A stretch of 32,000 nucleotides of DNA, from NCBI RefSeq assembly GCF_046736035.1, contig NZ_CP177130.1:1615279-1647278 (forward strand). Reading direction: 5' to 3'. The translations under genes and the position numbers were made by a program. The number at the start of each line of letters is the position of its first letter. The stretch's first letter is position 1. The stretch is from Salinicoccus sp. HZC-1. Its GTDB lineage: Bacteria; Bacillota; Bacilli; Staphylococcales; Salinicoccaceae. The notes beneath the pieces were generated by a model. That model did no database searches, was not told where the DNA came from, and worked only from the letters and a program-made list of their open reading frames with translations. Of the stretch, positions 1 through 9,151 are shown in pieces.

Positions 1-420
1 TGGTTTTTCATCAATAGGCAGATACAGGCCGTTACCGTCCAGATGATAATGTGTCATTAAAATATTATGTCCGTATATTTCCGCTGTTGCTGTCAATCGC
101 AATCTCTCCAGCTTCTGTATATATTCCAAACAAATGTGCTCAGCAATATATAGATGATGTTCATGTTCCGGTCCCTTAATCTCGGATGTTTTCCCTTTAA
201 ACGCTTTAACAACTTCATCGTCATGATTACCCTGGATGAATTTCATATTTTCCAGTTGATTTAAAGTATCCATCACTTTATCAGTCTGATGTCCCAGAGA
301 TACTATATCGCCCAAACAATAAATTTCATCCACATCTGATTCTTTAATATCTTCAAGCACTTTAGACAGTGCGTAATGGTTACCATGTATGTCAGAAATG
401 ACTGCAATCCTCACTCCCAC
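1..420 (-). CDS. Metallophosphoesterase (YfcE/MJ0936-like calcineurin-fold phosphoesterase); the C-terminal part is cut off by the window edge
   Basis: Not in the ORF track because no stop lies in the window. My translation from GTG at 420 gives MGVRIAVISDIHGNHYALSKVLEDIKESDVDEIYCLGDIVSLGH...IQGNHDDE, which carries the D-x-H-G, GD and GNHD metallophosphatase motifs. A GGAGGG RBS lies at 426-431 on the minus strand. Confidence 0.8.
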   Translation of the reverse strand, partial: MGVRIAVISDIHGNHYALSKVLEDIKESDVDEIYCLGDIVSLGHQTDKVMDTLNQLENMKFIQGNHDDEVVKAFKGKTSEIKGPEHEHHLYIAEHICLEYIQKLERLRLTATAEIYGHNILMTHYHLDGNGLYLPIDEKP

Positions 421-539
421 TAAATCCCTCCGTCAGTACGCATTCACTATTCATTCCTATTTTATCAAAGATTCAGCACAGCACCTAAATTTTATTTAAC
501 ATGTTAAGATGTATATATAACTATTCATGAGGTGAAACC

Positions 540-1103
540 ATGACAAGAATTTGTTTAGTGAGGCACGGACTTACAGAATATAATGCACAAAGAAAATTAC
601 AGGGGTCTTCTGATATCCCGCTTAATGCCGAAGGGGAATCCCAGGCTGAATCTGCACGCGAAAAGTTAAAGGACTATGACTTTGATGCAATCATCTCGAG
701 CCCTCTGATCAGGGCTTACAGAACTGCTGAAATCATAAATGAATATCATGGTCTGGAAATTGAGACGATGGATGAATTAAAAGAACAATACTTCGGTCCT
801 CTTGAAGGAAATCATATCGATGATATTCAGGAAAAATATCCCGATGGCATCTTCCCCGGCGCTGAATCTTTCGAATCATTATCGAACAGAGTGGCAAAAG
901 CGATAAAGGAAATCGAAGAGAAGTATCCGAATAAACATATACTATTAACGGCACACTCAAGAACAATCAAATCCATCCTGTCACTCTACAGTGATGAAAT
1001 TCATATGTTCGAAACAAAGTTGGATAACTGCAGTTTGAGCCATATAGAATGTATCGATTCCAACTGGACTGTTAATGACTATAATATTGCCAGCTCCAAT
1101 TGA
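540..1103 (+). CDS. Histidine phosphatase family protein (phosphoglycerate-mutase-like)
   Basis: The N-terminal LVRHGLTEYN contains the RHG catalytic motif, and a later TAHSRT contains the second His. A GAGGTG RBS precedes the ATG. Confidence 0.8.
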   Translation: MTRICLVRHGLTEYNAQRKLQGSSDIPLNAEGESQAESAREKLKDYDFDAIISSPLIRAYRTAEIINEYHGLEIETMDELKEQYFGPLEGNHIDDIQEKYPDGIFPGAESFESLSNRVAKAIKEIEEKYPNKHILLTAHSRTIKSILSLYSDEIHMFETKLDNCSLSHIECIDSNWTVNDYNIASSN

Positions 1104-1106
1104 TCT

Positions 1107-1147
1107 AAAAAATAAGGTTCAGGTCAACTGACCTGAACCTTATTTTC
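1107..1147. terminator. Bidirectional rho-independent terminator between convergent genes
   Basis: Perfect 14-bp stem ataaggttcaggtc (1112-1125) / gacctgaaccttat (1130-1143) with a 4-nt loop. An A-run lies on one side and a T-run on the other. Confidence 0.8.
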
Positions 1148-2597
1148 ATGCTTTTGCTTTAGCAGGAATCGGATAATCGAGGAGGAAATCCTCCTGGCCG
1201 ACTGTTTTCCTGTAAATACGGTAAAAGTAAGCAATCCATAAGATTGTTCCCACTACGCCACCGGCATAGGACACATTCAAATCCAGTCCGAAACCGATTT
1301 GTGCATACAGTATATAAGTGACCACATTGAAAGTCATGAAGATCGCAGGTATCGTTGCGACCCAGTGATTTTTCTTAGCAAGCAGCAGGTACATGACCCC
1401 CACCCATAACGCAATAACTGAAGTCATCTGGTTCGCCCAGGAGAAATACCTCCACAAAATGGTAAAGTCAATTTGAGTCAGCCCATAGCTGATTACAAAC
1501 ATAGGAACCGCTATTGCAAATCTCTTCCAGTATTTTTGCTGGGAAATGGAGAAATAGTCGGCTACAATCATTCTTGCACTTCTGAATGCAGTATCTCCAC
1601 TCGTAATCGGCAGGACGATCACACCGAGTATCGCAATCGTACCAAAGACCGAGCCGAGTAGTAATGTCGAAGCTTCAGATACCACAAGTGCCGCTTCACC
1701 CTGTGCCAGCACCTGTGAAAGACCGCCGTATCCATCAAACATACTCATCGCTGCCGCTGCCCAGACCATGGCAATGACTCCTTCAGCAATCATCATGCCG
1801 TAAAAAATCTGACGCCCGTTTGATTCTTTCTGGGTTGTTCTGGAAATGATCGGTGACTGTGTTGCATGGAAGCCGGACAGGGCACCGCAGGTGATTGTAA
1901 AGAATAACAGCGGGAAAATTGGTGCGTTATCCGGATGCATGTTTGATAATGTCAGTTCCGGAATCGGTGCACCGGTCTGAACCAGCCTGAAACCGATCCC
2001 AATTGCGCTTATTAAAAGAATCGCACCCAGGAACGGATATATCGTCCCGATAATCTTATCAATCGGTAAAATTGTTGAAAGGAAATAATACAGAAAAATT
2101 ACTGCCAGAATAATTCCGAGAGCTATTCTGCCATCCATTAATGAATGAAGCAAAATGGCCGGAGATGTGACAAACACTGTTCCTACAAGTACGAGAAGCA
2201 ACAGGGTAAACAGGTTAACAACGTGCTTCATGCCATCCCCTAAAAATTTACTGGCGAGTGCAGGCAGATGTGCCCCTTTATTACGGATTGAGATCATACC
2301 GGTTAAATAGTCGTGTACCGCTCCGGCGAATATGGAACCGATCACAATCCATATAAAAGCCACGGGACCGTACAATGCCCCCATGATCGGGCCGAAAATC
2401 GGACCGACACCGGCAATATTCAGCAGCTGGATCATTGAATTTTTAGGTGTACTCATCGGAATATAGTCCACCCCGTCTGTCTGATCATGGGCCGGCGTAG
2501 GACGGTCATTTTTAGGACCGAACATCTTGTCGATGTATTTACCGTATGTAAAATAGCCGACGATTAAAAGAATGATGGAAATAAAAAACGTAATCAA
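1146..2597 (-). CDS. cstA: Carbon starvation protein CstA family transporter (short ~480-aa form)
   Basis: 483-aa polytopic membrane protein. The N-terminal YGKYIDKMFGP...DGVDYIPMSTPKNSMIQLLNIAGVGPIFGPI is typical of CstA. TTG start with an AGGAGG RBS upstream. Confidence 0.8.
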   Translation of the reverse strand: MITFFISIILLIVGYFTYGKYIDKMFGPKNDRPTPAHDQTDGVDYIPMSTPKNSMIQLLNIAGVGPIFGPIMGALYGPVAFIWIVIGSIFAGAVHDYLTGMISIRNKGAHLPALASKFLGDGMKHVVNLFTLLLLVLVGTVFVTSPAILLHSLMDGRIALGIILAVIFLYYFLSTILPIDKIIGTIYPFLGAILLISAIGIGFRLVQTGAPIPELTLSNMHPDNAPIFPLLFFTITCGALSGFHATQSPIISRTTQKESNGRQIFYGMMIAEGVIAMVWAAAAMSMFDGYGGLSQVLAQGEAALVVSEASTLLLGSVFGTIAILGVIVLPITSGDTAFRSARMIVADYFSISQQKYWKRFAIAVPMFVISYGLTQIDFTILWRYFSWANQMTSVIALWVGVMYLLLAKKNHWVATIPAIFMTFNVVTYILYAQIGFGLDLNVSYAGGVVGTILWIAYFYRIYRKTVGQEDFLLDYPIPAKAKA

Positions 2598-2658
2598 AAA
2601 AATGCCTCCTATGTTAAAATATTATGTAAATTGAAATGAAATATAATTGTATCACTAA

Positions 2659-2674
2659 TGAAAACGTTTTTTCA
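2659..2674. promoter_or_regulatory. cre-like (CcpA) palindrome with two extra T residues, in the cstA / C45 divergent intergenic region
   Basis: TGAAAACGTTTTTTCA. The ideal cre TGAAAACGTTTTCA differs only by a TT insertion, and read as a 14-mer the match is 12/14. It shares the 10-mer TGAAAACGTT with 15310 and 20391. Confidence 0.35.
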
Positions 2675-2712
2675 AAACTATATTAAACTATATTTAGGAG
2701 TAAATAAAAATC

Positions 2713-3768
2713 ATGCAGACTATTATTGCCGATATACAGGAATTTCGCGGGAATCATTATGACTATGGCATCAGGCAGGCCGAATGGCTGAAAGAGACGC
2801 CATACATGGAGAACAGAGCATATGAATGGATTAAAAGACGGCCGAAGTTCGATCTGGATTACAAGGAAACGAAGGAACTCTATATGCGGTTCGCCCCCTA
2901 TATCTGGGATGAACTCATGGGTATCCAGGATCAATTGAAAATCACTGATAGAGAAGTCCTTCTGAACCTGGCCCATTACAGAGTCTCTCCCAGAGATTCA
3001 GGATGCAGTGTCTATCTCGATAACAATAACTTTATAAGGAATTATGATTATCATCCGAATACTTATGACGGAATGTACAAGCTGTTCCAGCCGGATAAAG
3101 GGTTTGCACATATCGGACCGGCATCGAGGGTGACCGGCCGGATGGATGGAATGAATGAGCATGGCCTCATCATGTCTTATAACTTCATGAATCGAAAGCA
3201 GCCGTTTGACGGATTCACCTGTTTTATCATCGGGCGTTTCATTCTTGAAGTGTGCAGGAATGCAGACGATGCAAAGCAGCTTTTAAAAGAACTCCCCCAC
3301 CGCGGCGGGTTCAGTTATATTGTACAGGATAAGAACAATGAGTCTTTCATCGCCGAAACTTCTGCAAGGGATATTGCATTCAGGCAGGCAAATATATGCA
3401 CGAATCATTATGAGACACTGGACAAGGAAAACCGCAGATACTTGGTCGATTCTCTGGAACGTTTGACGATACTCGAAGGATTCAGCGCTCCGTCAAAAGA
3501 AGAACTGATCGAATTGTTCACCGATCGCAAATATGGTCTGTTCGTCGATAATTATAAGAGCTGGGCAGGTACGATACACACTTCCTTCTATGATAAAAGC
3601 AACCTCATTGCCGGCATCCGTCTGGGAGAGAATACGGTACTGGATGAGTTCGACTTTGGCGCCTGGCTCAAAGGGAATCCGATTGGACAAAAAGAGATTA
3701 AAGGCTCCCTCGATACCGGTTTAAAATTCACAAATGCAGATTGGCAGACGGCCAAAAACCGTATATGA
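2713..3768 (+). CDS. Peptidase C45 family Ntn-hydrolase (acyl-CoA:6-aminopenicillanic acid acyltransferase-like)
   Basis: 351 aa. An internal Gly97-Cys98 (RDSG|CSVY) sits about where C45 enzymes self-cleave (Gly102-Cys103 in the Penicillium enzyme, from memory). The overall sequence pattern is C45-like. Confidence 0.65.
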   Translation: MQTIIADIQEFRGNHYDYGIRQAEWLKETPYMENRAYEWIKRRPKFDLDYKETKELYMRFAPYIWDELMGIQDQLKITDREVLLNLAHYRVSPRDSGCSVYLDNNNFIRNYDYHPNTYDGMYKLFQPDKGFAHIGPASRVTGRMDGMNEHGLIMSYNFMNRKQPFDGFTCFIIGRFILEVCRNADDAKQLLKELPHRGGFSYIVQDKNNESFIAETSARDIAFRQANICTNHYETLDKENRRYLVDSLERLTILEGFSAPSKEELIELFTDRKYGLFVDNYKSWAGTIHTSFYDKSNLIAGIRLGENTVLDEFDFGAWLKGNPIGQKEIKGSLDTGLKFTNADWQTAKNRI

Positions 3769-3916
3769 TATGAAAAAAACCGCATTTCTGAATACGGACG
3801 GGCGAATGGAATGAAATGCACAAATGCTGTCTGTCAGCTCGAATAATTACTTTCAATGTTTTCAGGGTATGTAATAAAGACATTTATATTACACTGGGAC
3901 ATTGGAGGTTTTTTTA

Positions 3917-4456
3917 TTGCTGGAATTCAACAGATTGATATTTAGTGGCTTCGACGTCATATTGAGAACATTGTTAATGGGTATAATGGCGTATGCTGCA
4001 ATAGTTATTATAGTAAGGATCAGCGGCAAAAGGTCACTCAGCCAGCTGAATGCATTCGATTTTATCGTCACTGTGGCGATTGGTTCAATACTCGCAAGTG
4101 TCATTATTAACAAAAACGTCACCATTACACAGGGCATCACTGCATTTCTTGTTCTGATCGTTTTGCAATTCATCATTTCCAAACTCGCCGTCTACAGTAA
4201 GCAGTTCAGTAAGTATATTAAATCCGAACCGGTACTTCTTTTCTATAACAATGAATTCCGGTATGAGAATATGAAAAAAGCACGCGTGGTTGAAAATGAG
4301 ATCAAGCAGGCCATACGGTCAAATGGGAATGGCGCCATGTCCGACGTAAGGGCGGTCATACTCGAAACGGATGGCAGTATATCCATCATCAATAAGAAAT
4401 CGGGTGAGGACAATATAGAGAAAGATGCATCGCTGTTCAGCGGCGTTAAAAAATAA
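3917..4456 (+). CDS. DUF421 (YetF-like) membrane protein
   Basis: ISGKRSLSQLNAFDFIVTVAIGSILASVI is characteristic of DUF421. I prefer the TTG at 3917, 8 nt after GGAGG at 3904-3908, over the TTG at 3902 used by the track. Confidence 0.75.
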   Translation: MLEFNRLIFSGFDVILRTLLMGIMAYAAIVIIVRISGKRSLSQLNAFDFIVTVAIGSILASVIINKNVTITQGITAFLVLIVLQFIISKLAVYSKQFSKYIKSEPVLLFYNNEFRYENMKKARVVENEIKQAIRSNGNGAMSDVRAVILETDGSISIINKKSGEDNIEKDASLFSGVKK

Positions 4457-4526
4457 GCTGTATCGCACACATTTCGCAAAAATTGTTTTAACTGAAGTGT
4501 TACATGCAGTATCTCAATTTAAAAAA

Positions 4527-4566
4527 GCTGCTCCACACCATCAAATGATGGTATGGAACAGCTTTT
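4527..4566. terminator. Terminator hairpin between convergent genes; it folds better on the minus strand
   Basis: 16-nt arms at 4527-4542 and 4547-4562. The two non-complementary positions become G-U wobbles on the minus-strand RNA. T/A runs flank both sides. Confidence 0.6.
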
Positions 4567-4568
4567 AT

Positions 4569-6518
4569 TTACATACTCTGTTTGACCACTTTTCTGTAGT
4601 ACATGAGTGATAATAAGGCAAATACCGAATAGAACACGACATAGGCAGCCATCACGGTAAGCATAGGCGTCCACATCGCAGTACCGAACAGGAACCATCC
4701 TGCGTTGACTGCAAAGTATGTGTGCAGCAGACCGATTAATAACGGAACCCCGAATGTGATTATCATTTTAATGGAAAGGCCCTTCATAATTTCTCTTTCT
4801 GAGAAACCAAGTTTCCTTAAAACTTGATAACTCCCCTTCTCATCTTCGCTTTCCCCGATCTGTTTGAAGTAAAGAATACAGCCAGACGTGAGGAGAAATG
4901 CGAATCCGACAAATCCGATGATGAACATCATCATGCCTGTGCCCTGCATCTGCTTTGTATACTGGCTGATTTTTGATTCAAAAGCAGGATTATCTTCATC
5001 ATCCATCAATTCGTATATCTCCAGACTGTCCTCTCCGACAATATCCAATGCATACATTTCGTGTGGTTTCTCCGGCGTTTCATCATGACTATAGTGGGCA
5101 TTCAGCTCATCATATACTTTTTCATCGACTACAGCAACAGGTGAACCATATGTCACAGAGGACGATAAAATAGCCTCTTCCTCAACTTCTATAAGTTCAA
5201 GCGTATGCTCATAGTCGTCATTGACAAGCGTCAGGGGATGACTGGTTTTAAAATCCATGAATGTTTTCATGAAGTAAGGAATACCGGTCAGGATAGTTTC
5301 ATTTTCACCCACATCTACTGTACCAAGCTCCGCATCACTCACAATATTGAGATACACGGAAGAAGAGCCTGTCTGTTCTGCCATATCCTGATCTACTGAT
5401 ATTGCACCGTAATCTTTTGCACTATACTCAATCGTTGGTATTGTGACACTGTCATACTTAATTCCATTTTCGCTCAATAATTGCTCATAGAACTCCAACC
5501 CTTCCTCTTCATAAAAAACATAATCATTTGGCAGTGCTGAGTCAATCGCTTTATCTATCGAGTAGTAACTGATGTAGGACAATGACATGAGCCCCATGCT
5601 GAGTGCACTGACGACACTGATCAGAGTCAGAAGGAATGCATTCGATTTCATCTTGAACATGATACTGGTCAGCGACAGTACGTCGTTTACATTGACATGT
5701 CCCTTTTTTGATTTCCTGACCATATTGAAAAGGAACGCGACAGAAAATTTAAATGTGAGATATGTCCCGATAATCGTGAGGCCGAGTATCCCAAACAGCA
5801 AAGGCACCAATAAAAGTGGATAATCGAAAATTTTCACCGACAGCCAATATCCTAAAATGACCATGGCAAGTCCAATGATGCCTAAAGCGACGGTGCCCGT
5901 ACCCAGTTTTTTATTTGCCGATTCGCTGGAGCGGTTCAAGTTGAGCATGTTGATCAGTCTTGTCCGTTTCAGGAAAGCGAAGTTTTGAATCATCAGCAGC
6001 GCGAATATGACGATATACAGCACTGCGGTCTGAACGACGGCTTCCATCGAGAAATTCAAACCGACCGGTAATTCGATCTGCATCACTTTGAGTAAAATCA
6101 TCAGCAGTAATCTTGAAACCAGGAAGCCGAATCCGATTCCGAGGAATAAACTTCCAAAGTATATTATCGCGTTTTCCAGCAGCAGGATCCTGAATACTTT
6201 ATTCCTGCTCAGTCCGATCAGTTGGAACAATGCCAGCTCTTTGTTTCTTCTCTTTAAAAATATAGAGTTTGCGAACATGACAAATGTGACAATAATGAAG
6301 ACTAACAGTACGGAACCTACTAAAAATCCTGTGGACATCAATGTTCCGGATGAAAGTTCTTCCTGTGCACTTTCGTCTTTTGACATCAGAACGAATGAAA
6401 AGTATAGAGCGACACTGAATATCAATGCGAAAATATACAGTGTGTAATTTTTGATGTTTTTGAAAAAGTTTTTTAAAACGATGGTATTAAGACTCAACGC
6501 CGACACCGCCCAGTACAC
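4569..6518 (-). CDS. Bce-type ABC transporter permease (FtsX-domain, BceB/VraG-like) with a large extracytoplasmic domain
   Basis: 649 aa. The N-terminal [28 protein letters not shown] is BceB-like. A hydrophilic segment of about 200 aa (roughly residues 320-520) lies between hydrophobic helix clusters. The start is uncertain: GTG at 6518 or TTG at 6497, both overlapping the ATPase stop. Confidence 0.85.
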   Translation of the reverse strand: MYWAVSALSLNTIVLKNFFKNIKNYTLYIFALIFSVALYFSFVLMSKDESAQEELSSGTLMSTGFLVGSVLLVFIIVTFVMFANSIFLKRRNKELALFQLIGLSRNKVFRILLLENAIIYFGSLFLGIGFGFLVSRLLLMILLKVMQIELPVGLNFSMEAVVQTAVLYIVIFALLMIQNFAFLKRTRLINMLNLNRSSESANKKLGTGTVALGIIGLAMVILGYWLSVKIFDYPLLLVPLLFGILGLTIIGTYLTFKFSVAFLFNMVRKSKKGHVNVNDVLSLTSIMFKMKSNAFLLTLISVVSALSMGLMSLSYISYYSIDKAIDSALPNDYVFYEEEGLEFYEQLLSENGIKYDSVTIPTIEYSAKDYGAISVDQDMAEQTGSSSVYLNIVSDAELGTVDVGENETILTGIPYFMKTFMDFKTSHPLTLVNDDYEHTLELIEVEEEAILSSSVTYGSPVAVVDEKVYDELNAHYSHDETPEKPHEMYALDIVGEDSLEIYELMDDEDNPAFESKISQYTKQMQGTGMMMFIIGFVGFAFLLTSGCILYFKQIGESEDEKGSYQVLRKLGFSEREIMKGLSIKMIITFGVPLLIGLLHTYFAVNAGWFLFGTAMWTPMLTVMAAYVVFYSVFALLSLMYYRKVVKQSM

Positions 6519-7245
6519 TTTGAGTGTTCATGATCTCTTTGTAGAAATCCTCCTGGGAGTGCTCTCCTCTGCGCAGTGTAGAATATACCAGACCGTCTTT
6601 TAAGAAGATCACTCTGCCTGAATAACTCGCCGCTGTGGCGTCGTGAGTCACCATCATGATTGTGGACCGGCTTTTTTCATTTAACGTCTGCAGTTTCCGG
6701 AGCAGAGTGCTTGCCGCCTTAGAATCCAATGCGCCGGTCGGCTCGTCTGCAAATATGATTTTCGGCTGATGGATGAATGCCCTTGCGGCACTAGTACGCT
6801 GCTGCTGTCCGCCCGAAATTTCATTTGGATACTTATCTTCCAAATCATAAATCCCAAGCTCACCTGCAACGATTTCGAACTGCTTTTCAACATCAGTCTT
6901 TTTCATATTTCTGATGGAAAGCGGCAGCAAGATATTCTCTTTGACAGTCAGTGTGTCGAGCAGGTTATACTCCTGGAATATAAACCCGAGATCATTCTTT
7001 CTGAAATCCGCCATCCTTTTATCTTTCAGGTCTGTAATATCCTGACCTTCTATGAATATATGCCCGCTTGTCACCCTGTCAATCGAACTGAGTACATTCA
7101 GCAAAGTCGTTTTGCCTGAGCCTGATGCCCCCATTATCGAAACAAACTCACCTTTTTCTATATTTAAATCTATACCTTTTAGAACCTCTGTCCTATTTAA
7201 CCTGTTTCCATATGATTTTTTAATATCTCTCGCTTCAAGAATCAT
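6487..7245 (-). CDS. Bce-type ABC transporter ATP-binding protein (BceA/VraF-like)
   Basis: Walker [10 protein letters not shown], signature ISGGQQQR, Walker [14 protein letters not shown]-loop VTHD. I place the start at [10 protein letters not shown] (ATG 7245), preceded by GGAGGA, rather than at the track start 7287. Confidence 0.9.
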   Translation of the reverse strand: MILEARDIKKSYGNRLNRTEVLKGIDLNIEKGEFVSIMGASGSGKTTLLNVLSSIDRVTSGHIFIEGQDITDLKDKRMADFRKNDLGFIFQEYNLLDTLTVKENILLPLSIRNMKKTDVEKQFEIVAGELGIYDLEDKYPNEISGGQQQRTSAARAFIHQPKIIFADEPTGALDSKAASTLLRKLQTLNEKSRSTIMMVTHDATAASYSGRVIFLKDGLVYSTLRRGEHSQEDFYKEIMNTQSVLGGVGVES

Positions 7246-7329
7246 CGCAATTCCTCCATTGTTTTTGTTTATATGTATATCGTACACTCTGGCTTGAAAG
7301 AATGCGTTTGATTCTTATTACATAAACAC

Positions 7330-7361
7330 AAGACCATGTGACGTTTTCGTCACATGGTCTT
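7330..7361. promoter_or_regulatory. Perfect 14-4-14 inverted repeat: a candidate BceR-type response-regulator operator upstream of the ABC genes, and possibly also the terminator of the kinase gene
   Basis: Minus strand AAGACCATGTGACG-AAAA-CGTCACATGGTCTT. The core TGTGAC-N6-GTCACA matches the published B. subtilis bceA upstream repeat (AAGCgTGTGACgaaaatGTCACAtGCTT, recalled from memory). It lies about 85-115 nt upstream of the ATPase ATG and overlaps the kinase stop codon. Confidence 0.6.
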
Positions 7362-8351
7362 CACTTTCTGTAAGTCATTCTTATCAGGGAAAGTCAGTTT
7401 TGTTGTGGTCCCCCTGCCATATTCCGATTCGGTACGCATTTGTATGCGCATTGCTTCTGCCGCTTCATGGGCGAGATACAGCCCCATTCCTGTAGATTGG
7501 GCATCTCCATGGTCACTTGTGGAAGTGAATCCCGCCTCAAATATCCGTGGCAGATCTTCCTTCCGGATTCCCCTGCCCTCATCGGAAATCTCAAGTGTAA
7601 TCCATCCTTTTACCAAATCACTCGTAATGGCTATATCTGTCTCTTCCGAATACTTCACACTGTTGCTTATAACCTGTTCCAGCACAAAAGTACACCATTT
7701 CAAATCCGTCTGGACCTCTGCAGCATGCAGCCGGACATCGAATCCGATACCTTTTCGCATGCATATGACGCGGAACTTGCGGATGATGCTGTTTACAATC
7801 TGTTCCAGATTGACCGTCTCGATATATAGATCATTGCTGATGTTCGTAAGCCTTTTACTGTACAGCATTTCATTCAGCATCGCATCCATCCTCTGCCATT
7901 CTTCCTGTATCTTCAGCTTTTGATTATCGTCCAAATCATCTATCATCAGTTTCATCGTTGTCATCGGCATTTTCATATCGTGGATCCAGCGGGTCATCTC
8001 ATCCAGGTTTTCCCGCGTTTTTCTGGATTCTCGTTCAATCTGTACGTTATGGCCCTGATGCATCATATCCAGATGGGCATCCAGCATTTTTTGATATGGG
8101 GTTACCGGAAGCGGTAAAGTATCCACTTCTTCAATATCCTCCAGATTCATGAACTCCATTCTGTACCGTCTATCCTTAAAAAAGTCCCAAATGATGAAAA
8201 CAACGAGGATAACTGTATTAAATATTACTATATACAGCACTGATAAATTGGGGATATTCGCGTCTAAAAGTCCCAACAGCAAAATGGTTATATTGAAAAG
8301 ACAAAAAAGTAACATCCATGGCAATGTCTGTTTGAAATAAATGAAAATCAC
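7350..8351 (-). CDS. Intramembrane-sensing histidine kinase (BceS/GraS-like)
   Basis: 333 aa. The N-terminus is just two TM helices joined by a very short loop (LLDANIPNL). H-box WIHDMKMPMTT, and an ATPase domain with DEGRGI and GMGLYL. GTG start overlaps the regulator stop (GTGA). Confidence 0.9.
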   Translation of the reverse strand: MIFIYFKQTLPWMLLFCLFNITILLLGLLDANIPNLSVLYIVIFNTVILVVFIIWDFFKDRRYRMEFMNLEDIEEVDTLPLPVTPYQKMLDAHLDMMHQGHNVQIERESRKTRENLDEMTRWIHDMKMPMTTMKLMIDDLDDNQKLKIQEEWQRMDAMLNEMLYSKRLTNISNDLYIETVNLEQIVNSIIRKFRVICMRKGIGFDVRLHAAEVQTDLKWCTFVLEQVISNSVKYSEETDIAITSDLVKGWITLEISDEGRGIRKEDLPRIFEAGFTSTSDHGDAQSTGMGLYLAHEAAEAMRIQMRTESEYGRGTTTKLTFPDKNDLQKVKTM

Positions 8352-9025
8352 TCCTTGATCATATAACCTAACCCTGTTTTTGTAATGATTGCATCTACCA
8401 GACCGATCTCCTCAAGCTTTTTCCGGATCCTGTTTACATTCACGGTCAGAGTGTTGTCACTGATAAATTTCGAATCATCCCAGAGCTGTTCAATCAGCGA
8501 ATCTCTTTCCACAACCTGCCCTGAATCTTTTATTAGAATTGATAATATATAAGATTCATTCTTAGTCAGATTGATAATTTCTTCGTTCCTAGTAACTGTC
8601 AATTTTCTAAAATCAAATACAGCATCCCTGAATTTGACCACATCTATGTTCTGATTCTGGTATTGGTATGTCCGTCTTAACAATGCCTGAATCTTCGCTA
8701 CAAGCACATCGAAATTAAATGGTTTTTGTATATAGTCATCGCTTCCCATCTGCATGCTCATTACCATATCAGTGGGATGATCCCTCGAAGATAGGAAGAT
8801 AATCGGCAGACTGGAAATATTCCTGATACGCTGACACCAGTAAAAACCATCATATTTTGGCAGAGTAATATCTATAATTATAAGGTCTGGCCCAACTGTA
8901 ATAAAATCATTAAGCACATTCGAAAAGTCAGTAACGCCAAAAACAGTATAATCCCAATCTTCCAGTCTCAATTTTAATTCACTGAACAATGTTTCATCAT
9001 CTTCAATAATAAGTATCTTTGACAT
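8348..9025 (-). CDS. OmpR-family response regulator (BceR/GraR-like)
   Basis: MSKILIIEDDETLF...IIIDITLPKYDG is a receiver domain, followed by a C-terminal winged-helix region (LTVNVNRIRKKLE). I place the start at ATG 9025; the upstream 42 codons in the track have no support. Confidence 0.9.
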   Translation of the reverse strand: MSKILIIEDDETLFSELKLRLEDWDYTVFGVTDFSNVLNDFITVGPDLIIIDITLPKYDGFYWCQRIRNISSLPIIFLSSRDHPTDMVMSMQMGSDDYIQKPFNFDVLVAKIQALLRRTYQYQNQNIDVVKFRDAVFDFRKLTVTRNEEIINLTKNESYILSILIKDSGQVVERDSLIEQLWDDSKFISDNTLTVNVNRIRKKLEEIGLVDAIITKTGLGYMIKE

Positions 9026-9047
9026 GTTCTCACACCCCGTAATCACT

Positions 9048-9093
9048 TTAAAAATATGAATATCCAGTTCCATTATAAAGGAAACTGGATATT
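9048..9093 (-). terminator. Hairpin downstream of the DUF418 gene; a TATAAT lies in its loop
   Basis: Perfect 11-bp arms at 9059-9069 and 9083-9093 with a 13-nt loop. On the minus strand it is followed by cauauuuuu. The loop contains TATAAT (9077-9072), a possible -10 for the regulator-kinase genes. Confidence 0.45.
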
Positions 9094-9151
9094 TTGTATG
9101 TTTAACTGATGAAATCCGGTTGGAGAAGACCGCCTGCCGCGCACATATCAT

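Noticed and set aside
3776-3800. A possible terminator after the C45 gene (ccgcatt-tctg-aatacgg).
   Set aside because: The 7-bp stem has a C-A mismatch and no U-tract follows, so it is not convincing.
7354-7923. A 189-aa plus-strand ORF, and similar long antisense ORFs such as 27299-27841, 16870-17298, 6088-6447 and 15338-15691.
   Set aside because: Each lies wholly antisense to a gene with strong family motifs. Their products are Ser/Cys/Phe-rich and low in complexity, and I see no RBS. They look like shadow ORFs of the real genes.
9026-9151. N-terminal extensions in the ORF track: regulator to 9151, tyrS to 23549, acsA to 30033, YjiH-like from 15303, ATPase to 7287, MFS to 11907, lipoprotein from 11981, NCS1 to 14026.
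   Set aside because: In every case an internal ATG is preceded by a good Shine-Dalgarno sequence and matches the expected family N-terminus. The extensions run through terminators, promoters or the T-box leader.
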